From NCBI GenBank assembly GCA_963706575.1, contig CAVPNL010000006.1, positions 288,001 through 352,000 on the forward strand: 64,000 nucleotides of DNA, written 5' to 3'. The notes beneath the pieces were generated by a model that made no database searches, had not been told where the DNA came from, and worked only from the letters and a program-made list of their open reading frames with translations. This DNA comes from an uncultured delta proteobacterium. GTDB lineage: Bacteria; Desulfobacterota; Desulfobacteria; Desulfobacterales; JAHEIW01. Positions 19,146 to 27,220 of this stretch are shown here, one piece after another. The position numbers and the translations under genes were made by a program. How positions within the stretch are numbered: position 1 is the first letter of the stretch; each line of letters starts with the position of its first letter.

Positions 19146-19523
19146 TTATCCGATCAGGGGCCCAAATACTTCACAGGTCTTGCAGATCTTCATTTTTTCT
19201 TTCCAGTTTTTCTGAGCCGTACCGTCGCAAATGGTTCCATTGATAAACCAACAAAGCTCACCCGCCCCGAACTCCCAGGCCGGGCATTGGCTTTTTTGTT
19301 CCGGGCTGCATTTTTTAACCTGCCAGCAGGCTTTCAATTTGCCTTTTTGGGAATTTTGCTTAACGGTTAAAAAATACATCTGGCGTTCAACCGCTGCAGG
19401 AACACTGCGCCAACCCTGCTCATAGCTGTGCACGGCCTTAAGCGATACACCCAATAGCTGGGCCATTTGAGCCTGAGTTTTGCCTAATTTTGCTCTAAAC
19501 TCTTTAAACTCTGAACTTTCCAT
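19146..19523 (-). CDS. XRE-type HTH regulator with two-CW domain (paralog 2)
   Basis: Highly similar to 2887..3261, with the same 7 Cys and the SLKAxHSYEQGWRSVP helix. Confidence 0.85.
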   Translation of the reverse strand: MESSEFKEFRAKLGKTQAQMAQLLGVSLKAVHSYEQGWRSVPAAVERQMYFLTVKQNSQKGKLKACWQVKKCSPEQKSQCPAWEFGAGELCWFINGTICDGTAQKNWKEKMKICKTCEVFGPLIG

Positions 19524-19575
19524 AAGATTCTTCCCTTAGCTGAACGTTTATTTATTATAAGGTAAGAATATAATT

Positions 19576-19600
19576 TGATACATTGTGGCAGTTGTGTCAA
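19576..19600 (-). promoter_or_regulatory. -35 TTGACA followed by putative operator TGCCACAATGTATCA
   Basis: Minus strand TTGACA-caac-TGCCACAATGTATCA, upstream of two-CW regulator 2 and metY. Confidence 0.7.
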
Positions 19601-19638
19601 CAAAAAATATATAGAAGTGGTTTCAAAACCCCATCTAA

Positions 19639-20724
19639 TCACAGCGCGGCGCTGATAATGCCGCCGCCCAACACCGTATCATCAGCATAGATTACCGCCG
19701 ACTGTCCGGGGGTTACCGACATCTGTGGTTTTTTAAATAATATCCTGGTTTGCTCCCGATCCGGCGGATAAACCGTTGCATCCGTCTCTTTGTGCCGGAG
19801 GCGGATTTTGACCTGTACGTCCAGCGGCCGCTCGATGCGATCGACGCCAATCAAATTTAAATCGGTGGCAACCAGACCTTTTGAACGATGCTCATGATGG
19901 CTGACAACAATACGATTTTTGGCCGCATCGATTCGACTGACATACAGGGGCTTATGGGAGGCGATGCCAAGGCCGCGGCGCTGGCCGATGGTATAATGGA
20001 TGATCCCCCGGTGTTCCCCGAGGACCTGACCTTTTTCATCCACAATTTCTCCGGCTTCAATTTCGTCTTCAGAAAAAAGAATGGAATAATCCCCGCCGTC
20101 AATAAAATCCTGGCTTTCTTCGCGATCTGCTGTTTCCAGCCCGAGCGCGCGCGCCATCTCCCGGACCTGCTGCTTGGTATGATCTCCCACCGGAAATAGT
20201 GAGCGTGCGAGCTGCTGCGGTCTGAGGCCGTAAAGAAAATAAGTCTGATCTTTAACGCGGTCCGCAGCGCGCTTCAACAAAAAGCGGTTACCCGACTTTA
20301 CAATCCGGGCGTAATGACCGGTGGCAAAATAATCAAAATCGCAACCGGCCTGTCTGGCCTTTTCCAGAAGAAAGCCGAACTTGAGTTTCTGGTTGCACAC
20401 CACGCATGGATTTGGGGTTTTGCCTTCCAGGTATTCGTTTCGGAAGTAATCGATAACATGATTTTTATATTCCTGCCGCAAGTCAATTGCCTGAAACGGA
20501 ATCTTGAGCTTTTCGCAAATGGCGGCCGCCGATTCAACATCTTCTTTCTCGCCGGGGCCGTAGCAGGCATGTTTGGCAGATTCATCAAACTGAATGGATC
20601 CATCATAAATTTCCATGGTAATACCGTAAACTTCATAATCCTGTTTGCGCAGCAATGCTGCGGCAACCGAAGAATCCACGCCACCGCTCAGTCCAACCGC
20701 TACTTTTATTTTTTTATTTTTCAT
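19639..20724 (-). CDS. mnmA: tRNA 2-thiouridine(34) synthase, variant
   Basis: SGGVDS, TPNPCVVCN, ATGHY, KDQTYFL, YTIGQRRGL, VTPGQ. The usual ESQxxCF Cys is absent. Confidence 0.92.
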   Translation of the reverse strand: MKNKKIKVAVGLSGGVDSSVAAALLRKQDYEVYGITMEIYDGSIQFDESAKHACYGPGEKEDVESAAAICEKLKIPFQAIDLRQEYKNHVIDYFRNEYLEGKTPNPCVVCNQKLKFGFLLEKARQAGCDFDYFATGHYARIVKSGNRFLLKRAADRVKDQTYFLYGLRPQQLARSLFPVGDHTKQQVREMARALGLETADREESQDFIDGGDYSILFSEDEIEAGEIVDEKGQVLGEHRGIIHYTIGQRRGLGIASHKPLYVSRIDAAKNRIVVSHHEHRSKGLVATDLNLIGVDRIERPLDVQVKIRLRHKETDATVYPPDREQTRILFKKPQMSVTPGQSAVIYADDTVLGGGIISAAL

Positions 20725-20772
20725 TATAAAATTCTCCAAAGGAGAATCAACCTCATCGAACGACATCCGACT

Positions 20773-20844
20773 ACCACGAAGAACACGAAGAAATATTTAG
20801 CTAAAACCTTTTAAGCGCTTCTTGAACTTCGTGTCCTTCGTGGT
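20773..20844. repeat. ACCAC...GTGGT periodic inverted-repeat element
   Basis: ACCACGAAGAACACGAAG ... CTTCGTGTCCTTCGTGGT. Confidence 0.8.
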
Positions 20845-20856
20845 GAAATATTGTTT

Positions 20857-21705
20857 TTACGATTTCTTCAAGGCCGCATTCAGTGAACCGCTTTTAAAGC
20901 CGTCTAAATCCAGGGTGACATATAAAAAGCCGAATCCGTGAAGCTTTTGGCTGATGGCCTCTCGATGCCGAATGGCCAACTCGAAATCCTCAGGTGCGAC
21001 TTCGATCCGGGCCGTATCGCCGTGGTGCCGCACTCTGAGCACCTTAAAGCCGAGACCGCTCAGAAAATCTTCTGCAGCCTCAATCTGTTTGAGCTTCTCC
21101 ACGCTGACCTCCTGGCCGTAGGCAATTCGGCTGGCCATGCAGGGCATGGCGGGTTTGTCGGCAACTTCCAGGCCGAAAAAGTTGCAGACCGTTCGGATTG
21201 CGGTTTTATCCATTTTCAATTCCAAATAAGGAGCCTGAATGGCGGCTTCGTCAGCCGCCTGCATGCCCGGACGGTAATCACCAAGATCATCAAGATTAAC
21301 CCCGTAAAAAACCGGCCAGGATGAGTGGCTGAAGGGATTGCCCGGCTGCATGCGCAGTTCCTCGATCCTTTCAAACAGGGCTTTCTTGCAATGGTAACAG
21401 CGATCGCTCTGGTTTGCTGCATAAAACGGATTTTGCATTTCGCGAGTATCAATAATTTCTAAAGGAATGTCGTGCGCCTTTGCAAAAGCCACGGCATGGC
21501 GGTATTCCCTGCGCGAAAGCGAGGGGCTGTCTGCCAGAGCGGCCAGCATATTATCTCCTAAATTCAGATGGGCGACATATGCCAGCAGGGCACTGTCGAC
21601 CCCGCCACTGTATGCGATGATGGCCCCTTCATGGCCGGAAAAATACGCTTTTAAATTTGCGGCCCAGGCTTCAGGGGCTAGATTTTGTTTTGCGGTTTTC
21701 TGCAT
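20857..21705 (-). CDS. larE: LarE-family ATP-dependent sulfur transferase (PP-loop)
   Basis: AYSGGVDS, RCYHCKK, DDLGDYRPG, PCMASRIAYG, RVRHHG..ARIE, GFKSGSLN. Confidence 0.88.
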   Translation of the reverse strand: MQKTAKQNLAPEAWAANLKAYFSGHEGAIIAYSGGVDSALLAYVAHLNLGDNMLAALADSPSLSRREYRHAVAFAKAHDIPLEIIDTREMQNPFYAANQSDRCYHCKKALFERIEELRMQPGNPFSHSSWPVFYGVNLDDLGDYRPGMQAADEAAIQAPYLELKMDKTAIRTVCNFFGLEVADKPAMPCMASRIAYGQEVSVEKLKQIEAAEDFLSGLGFKVLRVRHHGDTARIEVAPEDFELAIRHREAISQKLHGFGFLYVTLDLDGFKSGSLNAALKKS

Positions 21706-21733
21706 CTCAGAGTATTTTCAAGAAAAAAGTTTC

Positions 21734-21811
21734 ACCACAAAGGCACGAAGAGTTCAAAGAAAAAAAAATTTATACTGCTTGAGCACTTTGTGAACTTTGT
21801 GCCTTTGTGGT
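21734..21811. repeat. ACCAC...GTGGT periodic inverted-repeat element
   Basis: ACCACAAAGGCACGAAGAGTTCAAAG ... CTTTGTGAACTTTGTGCCTTTGTGGT. Confidence 0.8.
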
Positions 21812-21858
21812 TGAATATTGTTAAATGGCAAATGCTAAGCGATATAAAATCTGGATTT

Positions 21859-21883
21859 TGTTACATTGTGGCAGTTTAGTCAA
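21859..21883 (-). promoter_or_regulatory. -35-like TTGACT followed by putative operator TGCCACAATGTAACA
   Basis: Same architecture as 19576-19600; lies upstream of larE-mnmA. Confidence 0.7.
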
Positions 21884-22093
21884 TGAAAAAAACAACTTGG
21901 ATGGCAATGGGAATTCGGAAGGGTCAACCAAACAAAGGAAAATGGGTTAAGGCAAGAAAATCAAGTCATCTCCCCCCCCCTGTAAAAAGGGGCTGAAGCA
22001 ATAACGTTGTCGCCCTTATTGAAACCTTACAATGTTTTTGAAAAAGTGGTCGGCTGCAAAACCGCATCGCCCTGCGCAACCGCAAGCCGGTTT

Positions 22094-22642
22094 TTACCGG
22101 AGCGTTTCTACATCATCGATCGCGTATTTTATCTTTTTGACTGTTTTGAGCATACGGGTATAAGCCATGGCCAAACCAATGTTTCTTGCCAACACCGACA
22201 GCGAGTCCACATCTTTTTCCGAAATGTCCCAAACGTCATGATGATAGAGTCGCAGGGCTCCGATAACGTTATCATAAAATTTGATGGGAATGGACACGAT
22301 GGCCCCGATGCCTTCTTTTTTAGCATCCTCAGGGTATTGCAGGCGGTCAGTCTTATTTATATCTCGAATGATAATTGGCGTTCCCTCTAATGTCCCGCCA
22401 ATGCTTTTATCTTTTAGAATCGGACCCTTATGGACGTAACTCATGCTTAACCCAAAGCTTGCCAATACTTCCAGCTCTTCTGTTTCCGGATTTATCACAA
22501 AAATCGTACATCCTTTCATTTCAAGCGTTGCGACCAGCAACTGCGTAAGGTGATTGGCCATAATTTCCAGATTATCCGATTGGGCCATTGCTTTGAAGAC
22601 GACTTTAAAAAGATCAATATCTATTTTTTCTTCGGCTGGCAT
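22094..22642 (-). CDS. Stand-alone GAF domain protein
   Basis: GCTIF..LEVLASFGLS, YPEDAKKEGI..IVSIP..IGALRLY. Confidence 0.85.
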   Translation of the reverse strand: MPAEEKIDIDLFKVVFKAMAQSDNLEIMANHLTQLLVATLEMKGCTIFVINPETEELEVLASFGLSMSYVHKGPILKDKSIGGTLEGTPIIIRDINKTDRLQYPEDAKKEGIGAIVSIPIKFYDNVIGALRLYHHDVWDISEKDVDSLSVLARNIGLAMAYTRMLKTVKKIKYAIDDVETLR

Positions 22643-22657
22643 GAAATCCCTCCTTTT

Positions 22658-23122
22658 CTAAGATACAATACAAACAGTGACGCCCTTGAGGGTCATTACG
22701 ACCTTATGTGAAATACTGCCCGAGAAAAAGCGGGTGACCCGAGCATGTTTTCGATTGAGAACAATGATGTCGAACTTATCACTGGTCGCCAGTTCAATAA
22801 TTTCGGAAGCGATATCCTTTTTTCGGGGCCTAAAAATACAATCAACCCGGTTTTCCGGGAAACCACCTTCAATGAGTTTATCCTTGACTTCATCAAGCAG
22901 TGCCTCATATTCCTTAATTTTCTGGGAAAGATAACTTAAGCTTCCCTTGAGTTTGCTTGTTACCGAAGTTGCATCCGTATCAATCTCAGGAATCGGCGTG
23001 TATGCATTAAATACGGTAACTGAAATATTCTCCAACTTCCCGAAGGTGTTGGTCACGAAATTCAGCGCTTTTTGGTCAAGGTGGGTAAAATGATAGGGCA
23101 GCAATAGTTTTTGAGTGGCCAT
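22658..23122 (-). CDS. Universal stress protein family
   Basis: DIASEII..FDIIVL..FFSGSISHKVV..VCIV. Confidence 0.8.
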   Translation of the reverse strand: MATQKLLLPYHFTHLDQKALNFVTNTFGKLENISVTVFNAYTPIPEIDTDATSVTSKLKGSLSYLSQKIKEYEALLDEVKDKLIEGGFPENRVDCIFRPRKKDIASEIIELATSDKFDIIVLNRKHARVTRFFSGSISHKVVMTLKGVTVCIVS

Positions 23123-23587
23123 TGGTTTCCCCCTTAAGGCTTATTCGGGTTTGACAGATATAGGCATATACCTCGCGGCCAGAATAGGAGGTATCAAAAG
23201 AACGGTTCAAGCGAGTAAATAGCGCCTGTGTACCGTATATAAGGACAATTGGAAAGGGTGGATAACAGGATTCGGGTCCGGCGCTGCTGCAGTACCAAGG
23301 TAATTTATCTGCGAGGGTGAGATACCCAGTACGCACAATTGATTATCCGTTTGCAGTGAAAAAAGTCTCATAAAGTGGTGGCATGTGTCAATAAAAAATT
23401 TTGTTTTAAATGGATTTGCATTTAGCCGATTTTTTCTAAAACCGCGATTTCTCAGTATTTAAAACCCTTGATTTTTGCCTGCAAAATTGAAATGGTGTTA
23501 AGCTCCATTTTTTGCGGCTGAAAAATCCAGTCTGAGAATACAAACAGCAAATTAATTATCTGCTAAGCCCCTTACAGGAGATCACCG

Positions 23588-23719
23588 ATGCATCTCAAGC
23601 AGGTTTGTATTTTTCCTCAAAAATTTCCCACTCACGACTGCTATCCGTTTAACCTGGACCTTTTCAGTCAACAGCGCACCATTGCTGTTGCGCAATCCGC
23701 TGCTGAAATTGGGAAATAA
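23588..23719 (+). pseudogene. 5' remnant of a predicted AAA-family ATPase (COG3910-like)
   Basis: SD CAGGAG; MHLKQVCIFPQKFPTHDCYPFNL resembles the N-terminus of that family, but the ORF stops after 43 codons, before any P-loop. Confidence 0.55.
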
Positions 23720-23822
23720 TGTGCGCTATTTTGTCAAAATTTTCTCAGATTCAAAGACAGGCAAGAATTAGAAAATTCCGTAAATATTTGAAATATTGTT
23801 ATTTATTAGTTTTTACAGATTT

Positions 23823-23838
23823 TGGCTTGGATTTTGCT
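23823..23838 (+). promoter_or_regulatory. Candidate sigma54 promoter
   Basis: TGGCTTGGATTTTGCT, GG-N10-GC, about 120 bp upstream of the transglycosylase start. Confidence 0.6.
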
Positions 23839-23956
23839 TTAATACTAGGGATGGTATTAACCTCTTCGATTCCGGTTGGCATTTAGCATTCACCATTACC
23901 ATTTTATGTTGGCCGATACCGGATGTATGTTAACCGGCAACGATATATCCTGGCCC

Positions 23957-26071
23957 ATGAAAAATCACCTAAATAAAATCTTTATTTTAGCAGTATTTCC
24001 CATCGTAGTGGTGTTAGGCTGTTTGCCGGCAGGCGCGGATACCATCATGGAACCGGATACCTTTCCGCTGTATGACAGCCTTCGCCCCAATGTTTCCTTC
24101 TGGAAAAAAATATATACAGAATATTCAACGACCCAGGGGGTCATTCACGATAAGAAAAATCTGGCGATCATCTATGAGATCATTGAACTTAAAGATCGCA
24201 ATCGCCATGGCAGCCGCAAAATCAACAAGGAGCGGATAAAAAGGGTCAAAAAGAAATATAAACGGATCCTCGCCAAACTCGCGCAAGGTGAAGCGCCAAA
24301 CGGGCCCGAGGAACAACGCGTGGCCGCTTTATTCGGAACCCATGCCAAGCCCACCGATTTACGTCACGCCATACGAAATTTGCGATGTCAAGTCGGCCAG
24401 AACGATCCGTTCCGCAAGGGGATCATTCGGTCCGGTGCCTACCTGGCAGAAATGAAACAGATCTTCCGCGATGCAGGTTTGCCCGAGGATCTGGTGTATC
24501 TGCCACACGTGGAATCCTCCTTCAATCCCAAAGCCTACAGCAAATTCGGTGCTGCCGGTATGTGGCAATTCACCCGTTCGACCGGCAAACGCTTTATGAC
24601 CGTCAGCTATGCGGTCGATGAGCGGCGGGATCCCATCTTATCAACGCGAGCGGCCGCTCGGTTGCTGAAAAGGAATTATAAAAAATTTCGCAACTGGCCG
24701 ATGGCCATAACGGCTTACAACCACGGCGTCACCGGCATGCTGCGGGCCAAAAGGCGCAAGGAAAACTATGAAACCATCTTCAAAGAATACCGCAGTCGCA
24801 TATTTAAATTTGCTTCGCGCAATTTTTATTCTGAGTTTTTAGCGGCCCGAGAGGCTGCCCGAGATTATCGACAACATTTCGGTGAGCTCATACTGGATAC
24901 GCCGATGCAAACTCAGGAAGTTGTGCTGGCCGGCTACGGTTCTCTACCGGAAATCGCCGAACATCTCAATCTGGAACTTGCTGTGCTGGGTGACCTGAAT
25001 CCGGCTTTGCGAAACCCTGTGCTCAGTGGACAAAAATATGTGCCGCGCGGTTTTCATTTGAAGCTACCGGCGCAGCCCGATCGGGACTGGAAGCGTGTGA
25101 TCGCTGAACTGGCACCGAAAATCTATAAGAACTACCAGAAGCGCAGCAGCATTTATACCGTTCGCAAAGGCGATACCGCCGGAGAAATTGCTCGCAGTCA
25201 CGGTGTCGAATTAAATGATCTGATTGCCGCCAACAATCTGGATGCGCGGGCCACTATCCATATTGATCAAAATCTAAGAATACCCCTGCCGGGTGACAAG
25301 CCCCCGGTGCTGGCCGCTTTGAAATCCGAACGCGCCAAGCCCAAAGCAGTTCAAAATTCAAAGGTACCAGCGGCACAGCCGCAAACGGAAACATCTGAGC
25401 ACAAGCCAGAAAATCGCGTTGCGCAGATAGAAACGCGGGAATCCCAGCAGTCTCAGATCGATTCCAGCCTTGATTTTGACTCGATTGAATCTAACCGGAT
25501 CATTGAAGCCGCTCTTTTGCAAATGCGGCCCCAAGGTTCCGGGTCCAAAAAAGATCAATCCGCTGTGCGAACAGAGTTACAGGATCCACTGCCTAAGGCA
25601 GTCCTGAGCGCTGATGTGGTACTGGGCCAGCTGGCCATTAAGCGCATCCAGACCGATCAGGGCCGTCCCATCGGTCGCATCCAGGTGGAGGTTGAAGAAA
25701 CCCTGGGGCATTATGCCGAGTGGCTGGAGGTTTCCGCCAGTGAGATTCGGCGGCTGAACGGCCTGCGATATGGAAGGCCCATTCGAATCAACGATTCAAT
25801 TAAAATTCCACTGGGCCGGGTAACCAAAGAGGCGTTTGAAGAAAAGCGATTTGAATTTCACAAGGAACTGGCAGAAGATTTTTTCGCATCTTTTCGAGTT
25901 GAGAAAGTCCAGACCTATTCGGTTAGAAGAGGAGACAACATCTGGACCCTTTCAAAAGAAAAATTTGAAGTACCGCTGTGGTTGATCAAAAAATACAATG
26001 CCCATCTGAACTTCGGTGCGTTGTATCCTTCGCAGGAACTCCTCATCCCGATCATCGAAAAAAACGCCTAA
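23957..26071 (+). CDS. MltD-like lytic murein transglycosylase with multiple LysM domains
   Basis: LPHVESSF, AAGMWQF, AITAYNHG; LysM motifs YTVRKGDT and YSVRRGDN; signal peptide from MKNHL. Confidence 0.9.
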   Translation: MKNHLNKIFILAVFPIVVVLGCLPAGADTIMEPDTFPLYDSLRPNVSFWKKIYTEYSTTQGVIHDKKNLAIIYEIIELKDRNRHGSRKINKERIKRVKKKYKRILAKLAQGEAPNGPEEQRVAALFGTHAKPTDLRHAIRNLRCQVGQNDPFRKGIIRSGAYLAEMKQIFRDAGLPEDLVYLPHVESSFNPKAYSKFGAAGMWQFTRSTGKRFMTVSYAVDERRDPILSTRAAARLLKRNYKKFRNWPMAITAYNHGVTGMLRAKRRKENYETIFKEYRSRIFKFASRNFYSEFLAAREAARDYRQHFGELILDTPMQTQEVVLAGYGSLPEIAEHLNLELAVLGDLNPALRNPVLSGQKYVPRGFHLKLPAQPDRDWKRVIAELAPKIYKNYQKRSSIYTVRKGDTAGEIARSHGVELNDLIAANNLDARATIHIDQNLRIPLPGDKPPVLAALKSERAKPKAVQNSKVPAAQPQTETSEHKPENRVAQIETRESQQSQIDSSLDFDSIESNRIIEAALLQMRPQGSGSKKDQSAVRTELQDPLPKAVLSADVVLGQLAIKRIQTDQGRPIGRIQVEVEETLGHYAEWLEVSASEIRRLNGLRYGRPIRINDSIKIPLGRVTKEAFEEKRFEFHKELAEDFFASFRVEKVQTYSVRRGDNIWTLSKEKFEVPLWLIKKYNAHLNFGALYPSQELLIPIIEKNA

Positions 26072-26214
26072 ACTGGTGTTTAAACCATCATCTTTTGCCC
26101 GAGAGCTGTGTTGTTCGTTGTCGAAAGTCGCTCACGTACTAAATGTACGCTGCCCTCCTTCTCCTCCTCACGCCTTGCCCTCAGACAAAATCTAACGATT
26201 TAAACACCAGTTTA
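26069..26214. mobile_element. ~146-bp MITE-like structured element, copy 1
   Basis: 16-bp TIR TAAACTGGTGTTTAAA/TTTAAACACCAGTTTA; core CTCACGTAC-taaat-GTACGCT...GCCTTGCCCTCAG. Confidence 0.7.
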
Positions 26215-26373
26215 ACTTTTTATAAAGGAGCTTTTATTCTTCTATTTTAATTCAAGCCTTGTTGAACACATTAATCTATAAAATTAAGACGTGAAATCCC
26301 GTCGTCAGGCGGGGCCCTCAACCAAAATCTAAGCCTTTTAGACCTGGTTTAGTTTCAAAAAATTAAAAATCAT

Positions 26374-26492
26374 AAGTGAATAAAGTGAGCTAAAAAGCCT
26401 AAAGTTGAGGCATTCTATCATTATATAAAAAAGATAGAGCAAAGCGATACCTAAACTTTAGGCACTCCGAACTTTAGTTCACTTTAGTCACT
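26374..26492 (-). repeat. AAAGTGNCT periodic inverted-repeat element (inverted orientation)
   Basis: The right end is the near-exact reverse complement of the left ends at 34267 and 39672. Confidence 0.8.
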
Positions 26493-26496
26493 CTCA

Positions 26497-26814
26497 TTAT
26501 ATCGGTGGTGCGATGGTTACCAGTAACCTGAGATTGGTTTTGGCACGCAGGCCGTGAGGCTCGGCAATATCACTGATGACCACGTCACCGGGTTTTGCCG
26601 GCATGGTCGTATCACCTTCTCCTAAAAACTCGCCTTCGCCCTCCAGGATAACCAGGCTTAACTGGCCTTCGATATCGTGGTTGTGAACCGGCAGTTCCTG
26701 GCCGGGTTTGAAATTAAAATTGAGAATTTTAAAATACGGTGAGTCGTGCACCAGCAGTTTTTTAAACGCTTTTTCGGAAAAATCGTTTTCCTCGTAAAGA
26801 TTAAGTTGCTTCAT
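26497..26814 (-). CDS. Cupin domain protein
   Basis: LPVHNHD, ILEGEG, PGD....EPHGL. Confidence 0.88.
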   Translation of the reverse strand: MKQLNLYEENDFSEKAFKKLLVHDSPYFKILNFNFKPGQELPVHNHDIEGQLSLVILEGEGEFLGEGDTTMPAKPGDVVISDIAEPHGLRAKTNLRLLVTIAPPI

Positions 26815-26884
26815 TGCGGCCTCCCGTTATTAAAGATTAATCTGTGTATACACCACCATAGATGAATGTTCGGTGCATAGATCA

Positions 26885-26898
26885 TTGATTTAGGTCAA
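26885..26898. promoter_or_regulatory. FNR/DNR/HcpR-type box
   Basis: TTGATTTAGGTCAA, about 70 bp upstream of the cupin start. Confidence 0.6.
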
Positions 26899-27042
26899 AA
26901 GCGCCTATAAAAAGACCCGCTATCGACGCTATCCTGTATCTTCTTTGCCGATGAGCGGGCCATTATTGCCAGAACCTATCTCAAAAATGCATTTAACATT
27001 CGATGCTAAAGTTTTAAACTTAAAAAAAGTGCTTATAACAAC

Positions 27043-27171
27043 AAATGCACTAAAATTTAAAATGAGCTAAAATGCCTAAAATGAACGACAGCTTTTGGCA
27101 TCACGCAAAGACGCCAAGGGCTTTTTTATTGTTTAAATCAAAATTCTTTGCGGCTTAGCGGCTTTGCGTGA
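27043..27171. repeat. Half AAAATGNCT element plus a CACGCAAAG...CTTTGCGTG periodic inverted repeat
   Basis: aaatgcactaaaatttaaaatgagctaaaatgcctaaaatg; tcacgcaaagacgccaag...ctttgcggcttagcggctttgcgtga. Confidence 0.7.
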
Positions 27172-27220
27172 GCCATAAAATAAAATGGACAGAATTCCTT
27201 ATTTCTGGGGCACAACACCA

